A stretch of 59,923 nt of DNA, filler included, from Sphacelaria rigidula (Eukaryota), in NCBI GenBank assembly GCA_964200075.2. It is 5 parts of 5 records of this genome, joined end to end, with 100 filler letters (N's around TTAATTAATTAA, not from the genome) between each part and the next. Parts side by side here need not be neighbours in the genome. Positions count along the whole stretch, not along the records: positions 48,021 to 59,923 come from CAXNAA020004354.1; 4 more parts are not named here. One strand, 5' to 3'. How positions within the stretch are numbered: the first letter of the stretch is position 1; every line of letters starts with the position of its first letter. Under the pieces are notes generated by a model. That model saw nothing but the letters and a program-made list of their open reading frames with translations, searched no databases and was not told the origin of the DNA. The position numbers were made by a program, and so were the translations under genes. Positions 48,021-59,923 of the stretch are shown here, in pieces.

Positions 48021-51000
48021 CGCCTACGTGTCGAGCAGCTTCGGCGAAATGTCAGGGTGGCATCAACTGCCACGCGAAGCAGACAGGCAACATTACACGC
48101 CATCTCAAATGTCACGGTGAGTGCTGTGGCGTACAAGTATTTGGTATATTTAGGTTCACATTCGACCTCGCCAAAACCAGAAGGTGAGAAAAAAACGGCT
48201 ATTGGCTACACACTTTCCTACTTTAATACATATCGAGTCGACATAATATCTGTAGAGTTTTTTTTTGGGGGGGGGGGTACGATCCTTTCTCACCGTTGAT
48301 ATTCTAGGGGGGACGTGTTTTGGGGGCATCTGCATATTTTTGTTCGGAGTTCATACTCGAAACCTCGGAGCCAAGCGAATCGGGGAAGTGTTTTAGACCT
48401 CTTTCGGTGGGATGGTGCGAAGTGCCCAAACGTTTAATGGCGATATTCCCTGTTGGGGGGCCAAAAACCGTGTCTGAATGTTCCACGAGTGAGAAATATC
48501 CCTCCCCCAAAAAAAGCAAAAAACAAAATACCAGTGATAGGAAACGGGCTGAGGGACACATTGGGTACATTTCATCGGCTTCATTGCAATGGTGTGTAGG
48601 CTGTCATTTATTGGAGCGAGATTCGTTGGTTAGCTTTTTATTGATCAACACTCATCAGTTATATTTGATGGTGAAAATGGTGAGAAACATGTTTCTGGTG
48701 AGGAAGAATGATTGCTGAATCATTTTGACAATCAAATACAATGCGTACATCGCAGATAAATCCTTCATCCTTATGTCTGACCTCGGATCGTAGGTCCTCT
48801 GTGCTGACAAGGCAGGATCGTATGGTAGGTGGACACTGCGAACGATGGTAATAGATGGAACGGCCGATCTATTCTAGTAAGGTTTGTACAGAGGCCACAT
48901 CCATGCTGTCCCCATCTGTGTATGCTGACATTCGAACGGCTTCACTGGTCGCCTGTGTTTTCCGGATCGCTTCATTATTCTTTCAGGCATCGAATCTGGC
49001 AAAACGAGCAGGGTCAAAATGACAAAAGCTACCCACGCCGCCACAGCAAGCACATCCAAGCAGGCGATGAAAAGCAGCGGCGACCCCGGCCGGATCATGA
49101 TCCTGATGTTCGTCCGGGTGTTCATCATCATGCACTTACTTTCGTTCAACCTCTCCGACAGCAAGTATGTCCGCCTGTTCCTCCAAGTGTGCGGCGACGA
49201 CCAGTTCCCTCAGACCAAACTGTACCCCAAGATGATCAAACACTACGTCGTCGAGCTCTACAAAGCCACGATCTCGAGGTTTTCGCACACTTTGGTGATA
49301 ACGGTCACCAGAGCGGGAGGTCCCGTACTCCATGCCAACTTTGACCTGTGGACCAGCAAAACCTCCAACGAAAAGTACATAGGTGAGTCTAGATTGTTGT
49401 GCGAATGAACTCGTTTTGTGTGAAGGGTGTTGAGTGGTTCTGTCTCTGCAAATACTCGTGTTTGGTGTCGAACCCGAAGTTTATTTTTGATGTAGACCAC
49501 GAAGATATGAAGCACGTCAGGTATCAATACCGCGCGATTTTTATGAGGTACTGCTGCTGTTGGCTTCATCTAGGCCGACAATGCCCGGAGCCAGCAATAG
49601 CAATGCAAGTAACACTTGGATGGTAGCATGACTCAGTACCATCGTGACATGCATAAGCCTGGTGGATTGCCACCATTTCTAGAATGTATACTTCGGTGGT
49701 CGCCTGAGTCGCAACGCCGATATGTTGACTTCATACGCTTCGCCAGACTCACGCAAATATCTTCTTGCCATGTGACTATTCGTGTTTGCGAATCAGGCGT
49801 GCGCCTGTTCTGGTTTACCCCTAAGTTTGCCATCGACTCGGCCCTCGTGGCTGTTAAGCTGTTCAACCCTGCAGCTGATCTGAGCGAAAGCCAACAACTC
49901 TCGAACGTTCTTCTCCTGTGGGTCGAGGACGTTTGAACGAGCTCGGTTTGAGCCCGAGAGATTTGTTCAGCACTGTCACGGACGCTGGATCCGATGTGAA
50001 ACGCCTCTGCCTAAAAGTCCTACAGTCGGAGTGGAAATGGTGCTTTCCCCACATGCTCAACTGCGCCCTAGTTGAGGTGAGAAACGAACTATTCCGTACT
50101 GCCGCTTGACATGCAACAGGAAGGAATAAGTTTACGATGCGAAACCTCGTTTTTTTGTTTCTCGGTATTTTGGCATGAGACACTTCTACCTGACTCAGTA
50201 TTTTTCGGCGAGAGTCGACAATGAACGTGCGCTAAAGCCTTGTTTTTCGTTTTCGCTCGCATTTCTCTTCCATGTTATGTTCTAATATTCCGCACAGGCA
50301 TTCGGGACTACGGCATCAAGGGCGGCGTGCAGGAACCCTGAAGCAAGACAGACAATCGATGCTGTCAAAAAGGTGGTGGAGCACCTGAACAAGAGCAACA
50401 TCATGAAGGTTCGTGGCGGGAACGTGACATCAGCACAAGTTTATTTGCTAGAGTAGGATCAGTTGGCACATAATGTGTATGTTGACGATAGAAAGCTCGT
50501 TGGGCCTCGGTTTGCGTCCGAAACCGCTGTACCGAACGCTTTAGTGTCCAACGGATGACTGTCGCTGCGCAAATAAAGTACGCGTTGTGTTCGACATAAT
50601 TTTTTGTGGCGTTTAGGCTCCAAGGAAACGACGGCCGAGATATTTTATATAGATCGAAACTCGAATTACTTACCCTACAAATTAACAGTGTCTCATGTTA
50701 CGAAAACACAATATTTCCTGTTTGAGTTGACTGGGTCAGGGGGGCTCTTGGCGTCTGGTATATCATGTGGGGTGGAGAACCTGAACTCCGCGCAAAGGGG
50801 ATGATTGTACTACGTAGTGTTGATATGGTGAAATAGCCATTAGGCAGTGTGAACCCGTGGCTGTCTCTGGAAGTAGCGGTACCAAAAAATAGAGCAACTC
50901 ATTCGAGGCGGTCATCCATGTGCGAGTCATTCTGTACGCTTAGGGCCGAGCAATCGTATCAGGATACAGCCCACCCTTCATGCGACTCGCCGATCATGTC

Positions 51001-52510
51001 ACGGCGCTTCGGGCTGAGGGATTCATTGCGGGCCTGGTCAGGCGAACCCTGCGTGCTCCGCCCCGGCTTTGTAGAGATGCTACGTCAAAAGTCTCATGAC
51101 TAACATACGGCATGCAAGATCATGAGTACATCACGCAGGGCTTTCGCTGTTGGTACTTCCGAGAAGATTTTGTGCACGACCATCACCGCGCTCAAACCAG
51201 GCAATGATCAATAATCTGTTCATGGTGTAACTTTCCGTCCCGTGTCCGGACCTTGCTATTTCCTATGTAGGTGAAGTACGAAGGCGTTCAGCACCTAATG
51301 TTCGGCAAGACGACCAAGTTGGTGAACGCCGTCCCTCGTCGCTGGACATCTGTATGCCAAGTACTGGAGGAGGTTCTCCGCAACTGGGCGGCGCTTGAAG
51401 AGCACTTCCAGAAAAACGAGCGCGGTGCCGCTTTCCCTCTGGCGGCGCACAAAATGGAGATCGAAGAGCTGTACAGCTTGATGAAACCGATCGCTGTGTT
51501 GATGAAGGAGAGCCAACAGACGGGAGTGCCGACAAGCCTCGACACTTTCCTCGCCCTCGTCATGCTCCGCTGCTCAACGCTGGACGTCAAGAAGCCGCTC
51601 GCCATCACAGTACCCCGCAAGGCTCTAGCAGGGGACGCCGGCACCACACAAACGACAACCATCAACCGCCCGCCCGAAAACCTGACGTCGGTGACCACCA
51701 AAACTCGTAAGATACTGCTGGGCGCAGTGAACAAGCGCTTCTTCGATAAGCGATACAACAGAGCGGTTGTTGGAAACCCACCGCCGGGCTACGTCTTCGA
51801 GATGGCGGCATGCATGAGCCCTTGCTTCGTACAACTGATGTGGCTTCCGGCGGTGTGTAACAACGAGAGAGAAGCGCAATGCGTCAGCAAGGTGATCAAG
51901 GACAAGGTGGTGGACCTCATGGCGAGCATGGCTGAGGGAGTAGGTGACGGGCAGGAAAAGGAACCTCAGGGCAACGGCGGCAACGGCGATAACGGCGGCA
52001 AGTCTACCGCACTGGGCGAGAAGCGGAAGCGCGGGCTTTTCTCCACCGTGACCCCATCCAGCAAGAAAACGAGTGAGGCGACGAAGAGATTTCTCGCCAG
52101 CGGTGTTTTCGGCGATTGCTCGAGCAACACCAAAAATATGGGGCCGGTCGTCCTGACCACGCGGCAGATTTGCCAGCAGGAGTTCGATCGCTTCCAAATG
52201 CGATTCGACGGTGCGTGCGTAGACAACTACCCGGTGGCGCACCTACTCGACTTCTGGGCGGGCGAGGGGGGTCGCTCTACCCGAATATGGCCCGCGCCGC
52301 TCGAGTCCTGATGTCTGTGCCGGCATCGTCTGCCGTTCTGGAAAGGGATTTCAGCACCGCTGGGCGTCTTATCACCGGGTCCCGAAGCAGGCTTGATTCG
52401 GCATATGCGGAGATGGTGCTGTTCCTGCATGGGAACCACGAGTACATCCCCGTGGAAGTTCCCGCTCTATCGACGGAGCAAGCGCTGCAAGCGGTACCAA
52501 AGCGGCTTTC
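48021..52510 (+). pseudogene. Intron-containing hAT transposase (BED finger, DDE core, dimerisation domain); 5'-truncated, two 1-bp frameshifts
   Basis: Exons <48021-48116 (TCRAA..TGNITRHLKCHG), 48987-49382 (DLWTS), 49797-50076 (TDAGSDV, WCFPHMLN), 50298-50408, and 51271 to about 52510 (PRRWTS, LDFW..YPNMARAAR..PASSAVLERDFS). All introns are GT-AG with compatible phases. Frameshifts at about 49933 and 52266-52271. Confidence 0.9.
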
Positions 52511-55049
52511 TGGCCCTGGATTGAAAAATGAACCAGGATTTTCCGTTTCGGTTCCAACTCCCAATCAATTGCTCGTCCCTCAATCGATTGCTAGACTTTC
52601 AATTAAATGCTAGACTCTTAGTGCGGCGAGTACCCCTTTTGCCGCTCTCCTTCTGCACCGTTCCCCACCTCGCGAAGGCAATGTATGTAACCCTGGGATT
52701 ATCAGCATTCTTCTGAAAAAGATCTGGCGGAATTACATGCGCCTCGTCGACAGACCACCTTGCTTGAGTTTGACTAGTCTTTAGTACAAAGTGTGCCTTT
52801 GCAGCAACGTTCTGGGTACCGCTGTGCTGCAATCAAATGCAGAAACCTTCTCCGGTGCTATGGGAGCTCCTGGAACATGAACGATGTGCACCTAACGCCC
52901 AGACGATGGGCAACACGTTGCAAAAGCTTTTAGGGGAATACATGCGTTCATTCCGCAAATGAAACAACGTGGCAGACTTTGGTTGGACCAGCTTGCAAAT
53001 ACGAGGAGGACGAACCGTCATTGACTTCGAGCAAAATACACGGCCCGCGCTCAACACGGACTGTAACGTCTTGTACTGGCGGTCCAACATCAGAAAAGGG
53101 GCTCAACGGCCATACATGGGGGGGGCGTACTCATTTGTTGCTTGCCTTAGTCGTTCGACCATTGACCACGCATCCCTTTCGAGACGGAGCACCGTACATG
53201 GGGATATATTTATTGTGGCGAAATGGAAACCTCAGCGACTCAGAGGCCCTCCAGTAAGGAATCGGCGGAATCTAGCGCCAATGAAATGCGATTTTGGTAG
53301 TGAATTATGTAGTGAAGAATGCTTGAGATCGGCTCGCAGACTTGAGTCACATCTGCGGTTTACGTGCTACAGACAGTACAATAGTCTACAGTCGCGCCGG
53401 GATGGATAGAGCAGCAGCAGAGAAGCAAAGCAGCGAGCACAGAAGCAGACAGCCAGTGGTACATTCCCGCCGCAGGAGGTCAATGTGACGCTCGTTCATC
53501 GGTATATCCCCATCTTTGTATGGTTGGTTGTGTCTTTCCGTGGCCGGGAGCAGCAGCAGCGGCAGTCATGGTGCCAGGTGACATCAGTATTCTGGCGGTG
53601 TAGTATACCCGCCCTGTGCTGTGGGTTGCCCCTTTCAGCCGAGCACGGGGTCTGGCCCAGCCGGTCCAGCGGTGTATACCGGCGCTAGATGTGTATTTTT
53701 ACCCAGCCATGCTTGGCTTCTCACAGATGATGAGTCTAGGCAGCACCTCGTTCGTAGTACGGAGGATGAAACAGCCACTAGACGGTAAAGGTTTTTCACA
53801 TTTAACGTGAAAGCAGCACTGCCGACTGGCACTGTTTTCTACACGAGCAAACGCAACGACAATACAGCAGCTCAGGCAATCCCAGCGGAGACCAAACCGT
53901 CTCCGTGAGGTCTCAACACACCACAGAACAGTCATAGCTACAGCACATGAGCGAGAGCATGGGTGTGTCTGTGCTGCAGAACAGTTAAGCAGGACACACC
54001 CCCATGGTTTAATTCTTCACCTGATTTTTAACGGGTCATCAACTTCAGCCACTTCGCACAAACGTTTCCTACCAAGCCATCCCCCATGTATGGGGCCTGA
54101 CCAAGAAAAAGGCTGGTTAACAGGTTTTATACTCGAAAAAAGACGGAAATTACATGATATCTGCCTCAAGCACAACATGACGCAAAGAATCGTGCATCGG
54201 TGTAGCATGAGTCTGAGAGAGCTCGGAATGGCCAGCAAGAGTCATATGCGGCGAAACCCCCGTGGTCATGTCGGAATCGGTGAATTCTTAAGCCGTATTT
54301 TTGCTGCGCTCAGACACCTGGCCAGAAGTTAACGATACCTCTACTCAACACAGCACCTATGAAACAGCTCAAGTTGACATGCATATCTGAAACGGATGCT
54401 CACCAGTAAAGCAAGCTTTAAGGTCGTACACCGTTACCGCGAATGAACAGGCTAGGAGGAACTTCCATGCTGTCCCAGGCTCATGTCTCGCCTGCGGGAT
54501 TCTGGTTTGAATCGAGACAACAAGAGCGAAGTCCAACAGAAAACTCGGTGGAGACGCCGAATCCGAAATGCCCTTCGCGACATCAACCCTTCTTTCATTG
54601 GAATATGACCGTTGAAAATTTCCCTCCGCCAGTTCGAGGTATATTCAAGGCATGTTATCAAAAAAAGGCAACACGGATATCGAATCTAGGCTATCGAATC
54701 AGTGCGGGTTGACATAATTACCCTTGTCAAAGTTGGATCAAGTCAAGGCTTCGCAAAAGGCCAGGTGAGGTTTCAGCACTTGGACAGACGGATCTTGACC
54801 AATTTAATATTTAATTGAGAACACGTTGCGGGCTAATACTGTTGCCTCGCTTTTGCGCTGTATCAGTACCTTCAAGACATGTTTAGTACATTCAGATCTC
54901 ATCGGTACATCCCAAGACCTCATCGACGAGGACTGAAGCTCATGAGAGCATGGCGGCGCATGCACTGCCGAGTTGATCGAGGGTTTTAGTGGGTGCAACC
55001 CCCACACTGCCTCGACCAAGGCTTGCGACAGCGCTCGAGGATCCTGCCC

Positions 55050-55520
55050 CACATGACTGCCGTGCGGCAGTCTAGCCGAGCCATCGGGTAATGCGAACCC
55101 ACTCGCGGCGTAAGTGTTGGGTTTGGTCTCCTCCTTCCGTGAGGACATCATCAGGTGTCGAAAAAGTACTGCATGGCACGCGCGACTGTATAGAAAACGT
55201 CTCCAACGCATTGATGATGTCTCATGTGGAGATGGGTGTACTCATGATCATGCATGCCATAGTCATAAGACCATTGACCCCGCATCCCTACAAAGCCGTG
55301 ACGGAGCCCGCCGGGTTTCCGCCGGACCAGGCTCGCTCTCAACCACCAAGCGCGAAGCGCCGCGGTGTGTTCGGCGAGTCGCATGAAGGGTGAGCTTCAT
55401 CCTGCCAAGATTGTTCGGCCCGAAGCCTACTACTGACTATCTTGCATTTGGATGACAGCCAACAATGAGTTGTTTCTTTGTCTGGTATCGTCACTTCCAG
55501 AGACAGCCACGTCTTAATAC
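55050..55520. repeat. Dispersed degenerate repeat family of unknown class
   Basis: Reverse-complement matches at 50855-51130 and 25247-25355; same-strand matches at about 52980-53190 and 58430-58490 (gaccattgacc.cgcatccct). Confidence 0.75.
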
Positions 55521-55939
55521 ACTGCCTCATGGGTGTCGCACTAGATGGGGTCCATGACTTCAGCAGGGATAAGAAAGTAGCCGTTCCCGGGGGTAGTTTC
55601 CATCGTTCTGTCTTGTCTCAAGCAGACGGTGGTGCTCCTACCTATCCCACGGGTACATAGTATGGGGTGTCCACATTTTGACACCTGCCATGCGTTCAGA
55701 AGCATAATAATGTAGCGTGCCCACAAACGGCCAAACACGTCGAGCAACACCCCCTCCGGGTGAGGATGTTCGGAGAGGACGTACCGGCTGGTCCACGGTC
55801 ATCACCCGAAAAAAAAATGTATGCACCTTCACGCCATATTCCAGGAGCTAGACCCCGAAAATTGCACAAACGCGCCCTGTGTTGTTAAGAATTTTTCCAT
55901 CATCGAGGTCTTCCTTAACGTTTGAATTTTGTCCGGTTT

Positions 55940-57375
55940 TGGGGGCTCCCAGCGAGGACCCCGCGGGGAGCCCCCAAAACCGGGAGAAAAATCAAAGAGT
56001 GAACACAACCTTATCCGTCAAAAGTCTTACAAACGATCCATAATACTTGTGTGCAGTTTCTCATCGCTTAGCTCCGAAAAACGTCGTGAAGTTTTGCGCT
56101 TTTGTGCGATAAGTGAGCTTGAAACGAGAAAAAGTCCCAACGGTTCAATGTAGTATCAAAACGTCTTTTGGTCGAGTATGGTGAACGCTAATGCGAGGAA
56201 AACTGTGAGAGGTTTTCGAGTTTCGCCACCAAACTTTGTACGTAGTTCCTCTGTGCCATAAGCAAAGTCGTTTATCAGGGGAAAATCGTATATCGCCAAC
56301 GGAGTCGCCCACGATACTGCAACTGAATTGCTTTTCAAGTTGTTGATGTGCTGATGCTCGCTAAAGAAAAAAAAACAATCTGAGCCGAAATTACTGAGAA
56401 TGTGGATCAAACATGGCCAACTTTCGACCAACTTTCGCCAATCTGTACATTGTCGGCCGAATTTCGACGAATTTGACCTGTCTTGAAGTAATTAAAGGCT
56501 GCAATGTGAACGACTGGTTTCGGACTAGGCGCAGCTAACCTATGCCAGCGATGAACCGGAGATAAAGAGCCACTTATACTTTTTTTCGCGATTTTTGCCG
56601 TTTTTCGGGTTGCCAGGGTTTCTTCTCTTGTGTCAAGGAAAAGGGGCGAAAAATGGCCATTTTCGGTCCGACTGATCGCTCATCGGCCGTTCGCGCATGC
56701 TGCCTGCTGCGCAAACAGGGGAAAAAAAAAAAAAACGCGATTCAACTTAGAAGAAAAATAATATTTCAAAAACATATCGTCTACGGCATTCATTGGACAC
56801 GGTCAAGGATCCTTGTGATCATAACGAACGTCACTTATGGCACAGAGGAAGTATGTGCCTTCGACTGCCCCCGGGCGCACGTTTTTTTTTTTTTTTAGGC
56901 ATTCTGTGACGTCTTCCGGAAGCCGGAAGAAAGAGCGAAGAGACTTTGAAATATTGTCATCTACATACTGTTTCCATCTGAAGCACCAACACCTGTGGAA
57001 CCGCTAAGTTTGAGTGCGATCTGAGCTTTCCCACGACGAGTGTAAGGGAAAACCCCCGGGAGGCTCTTTGGGTCTTTGTTGCCCGTCATGAGTTAGAGTT
57101 CGACGATGCCAAAACCCCACAGCACCCAAATGCCACGGGTTGGGGGTACAACTCGGTCCCAATGTTCGTTTTTTCCGTTTGATTCCCGAGCTGACGGCGG
57201 CTACCACGTACAGATTGGGTTGAGAATTCGTTTTTTCGGTTTCAGAACAATTCGAGGGACGCTGATTGGTCGAGGCACCTTTTCGCCCTTAGCGCCACCG
57301 CTATGACCTTGAACGCAAGTCCGGCTACAGCATGTCATCTTCTTCGTCTGTTCACTGCGGTCAACACGGTACCAT
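55940..57375. repeat. Dispersed repeat, paralogue of 1310-2516, with a nested mariner MITE
   Basis: Collinear similarity to contig 1 on both sides of 56245-56851. Confidence 0.75.
56245..56851. mobile_element. Stowaway-like mariner MITE (607 bp)
   Basis: TA|gttcctctgtgccataag ... cttatggcacagaggaag|TA; TIR related to 19445-20473. Confidence 0.85.
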
Positions 57376-59923
57376 GTGTGCGACTATTGGGTATTGGGTA
57401 TTGCGGAAGGCATTCAACACGAGATTTTTGCAAATTGAGGATGGATTCTTCATTCAGGATAGACCTCGGGACCGTTCACAAGCATTGAGATGTTCCCGTG
57501 AAAATAATCCAAATGTATTATCCCGCCGTGATGTGTGATCTCGCTCATCTCTGAAAACACATCCATCCAAAATGTGTAAAATCCCGTCTCAACAGGGGAT
57601 TCTGACAAACAATAACAACTCTTTGTAGGGGAATAAACCGAGGTCGACATTGTTCGGTTACATCCCCGGGATTTTACGATTTGCGGATGGATTCTCTTGA
57701 GGATGAGAAAGGTCGCACATCACGGCCGGAGAGTGCATCTGCATTTCATTTCAAGAATGTATGAGTGCCTATGAAGGTTCCCAAGGTTCGGCTTCAAAGA
57801 GAAAAACATCCTCAACTTGGATAATGCCGCGTTTTTTTGCCGATGACACAATTTCGGGTGATGAGCGTGAACCAGCCTCCGTACTCCTCTCCTCGTCGGG
57901 GATAGGTGAAAGGATGGCCTCGAATCAGCGAGTAAGATGCATACGTTAGAGAGACCACTTGGGTGCTCAGGGGAATGGCCATTCGTATGTGACAGGCCCC
58001 TACAATAGATGATGATCTCAGCACGTCAGTAAGGAGAATATGAGACAATATCTTCTCCGGGGTGTCTGTTACTCTTTTGAGAACAATGTAACGTAAATGT
58101 GTTCGGGTGGGTTGTGGGCTCTCGATTGGTACCGGTCACGTGTTCAGACTCATTGCTATCCGGCCGCAAATGACTCACATGTCCGATAACACCCCCTTAT
58201 CCGCGCAGCTTGTTCAGGGAGGGTCTACGTTGGTTATATCCCCCATGAGGAAGGGCCGGAGAAGAGACAGAGGTAGTAAACCAGTAGGATGAGGTGACTC
58301 GACTACGATCTGACGATGCCTCCTGCGTGTTCAGGGACATCGCCATACGTATGTGAAATGCCCTGATGGCGCATGATGAACATTCCGCGTGTGTATTGAG
58401 GGAACGGGATGGTAACTTCCCCGTCGCACTTCTCGCTTGCCTCAGTCGTTTGACCATTGACCACGCATCCCTCTCGAGACGGAGCACAAATGAGGGGGCC
58501 GGGATAAATCTAGTATTGATGGCGACGCAACTCTCAGTCTGTACGCACATTTGGGGTAGCTCAGATTCGGAAATCATTTTTTACGGACCCCGATATGGCC
58601 CAGATCGGGGGAGCTCAGATCGGGATTTTCGATTTTCGCACAAATTTCCCCAATTTTCTCTTTACAGATGGGGAAAGCGGAGCACCCACCCCTATCTGTG
58701 GGAAGGTGACGTATGTACAGTGACCTATGATGATGGGACACGAGGGATTTGTTTCTTGTGGAGCCGCAGCCAAAGAGTCTCGAGTGACAGCACAGACCGT
58801 GCCTCCACGTGCCAGGTGCTGGGGTAGCTTCGTAGCACAGGTAGTGCACACGGGGTTTGACAGGCGTATAACAAGTGCTGATGCCGTGCCCTGCGGTCAT
58901 GGTAACATACTGCACTACATGGCCGCACGTATCACCGTAACGGACGGTTTGTTGTCGTAGTACTCGCAGGGTGATGCACGGTACTGCATTCGTGCTGTAC
59001 TCTTCACGCACCCTGTCCTCCTAGTACTGACTGTACCATCATGTAGTACCGCAGGGCATTATTGTGCACTGGGATGATACAACAGGGTACAGTGCTACAA
59101 TGTATTATAGTATTATAACCGACGGTACTATGGTACGACCCTGTCCTCGAAGGACGATTCACCGCCTGCCTGTTTTTCGGCTTCACTGGAAAGCGATATC
59201 ACTCCCCCGCGCACGGAACCGTACTCAACAAACCCGCTGAACCATGACGGGCTTGTTCTTGTTCTTGTTCCTGCAATATGATTCTCGCGAATGAGCTACC
59301 CCGATTTTCCACAGATTGGGGCCTCTGCAGATTCGCGATTCGTCCCCATAAAAACTAGTCTAAATGGGTGTTGTTCACACGTTTAATTAGCATGTTTGTA
59401 TGTTTAGCTGCATCACCACTCGTGCGTAGCTGGTCAGAACGGCAGATACCACATGTGTGATAATTTTTGTGGCGAGGGGGGAGATGGGTACATGAAATAT
59501 TCGAAAATGGAATCATCTCTTCGTTATGATTTCCATATTTGAAGTATCTCAAATAAAAAGTAGAGCAATGGTCTAGAAAAGGTATACCTTTTCGTTTTTT
59601 GCCCAAGAAAGGTACTAAAAATGGCCAGAAACGCGAAAACAACCACACACGCCATTTTGACCGTTTTCGCTACAACGTTTTCTCGCACATCATTCGGGGG
59701 GGCCATTGTCACCCCAGTCTCGGAAACAAACGGGAAAAAAACCTGTTACTCGAGAGATATGGCCCCGCGAAAACGGACGCCTCGCCTTCAGAAGCCGCTT
59801 ACCTTTTGTAGGCGTAATTTCGCCCAGGTATACCTGATCTAGGAATTCTTTTTCAATCGTACCTTATCTGGGCCACCGATCGGCCAAGAACGTACCTGTG
59901 CTAGGCCATCGCTCTCTAAACTG

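Noticed and set aside
51625..52242. 205-aa minus-strand ORF
   Set aside because: Antisense shadow of the GC-rich hAT exon.

Overview
Eukaryotic, repeat-rich DNA, most likely from a brown alga (Phaeophyceae; inferred from the epimerase gene). The window is not one locus. It is five contigs of 11907, 11907, 11903, 11903 and 11903 bp joined by artificial 100-bp N44-TTAATTAATTAA-N44 linkers, so neighbourhood across the linkers carries no meaning. The only host gene I can support is the 5' half of a secreted mannuronan C-5 epimerase (alginate modification): four phase-compatible exons on the minus strand at 16256-13172, cut off by the contig end. The rest is transposon material: a decayed Ty3/Gypsy element (gag, PR, RT, RH, IN) with an unexplained antisense ORF upstream of gag; two fragments of one Ty1/Copia family; a five-exon hAT transposase with a BED finger and two homopolymer frameshifts; an internally deleted DD39D-type mariner with Stowaway-like TIRs; and many MITEs and foldbacks (piggyBac/TTAA, Harbinger/TAA, mariner/TA, CAC..GTG with 2-bp TSD). 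More speculatively, there are heavily decayed KDZ/CxC-type transposase remnants. I found no rRNA, tRNA or CRISPR. No clear novel multi-gene system is evident; the best leads are the Gypsy antisense ORF, the spliced hAT and the KDZ-like relic. All family calls are from motif recognition by eye, not from database searches.
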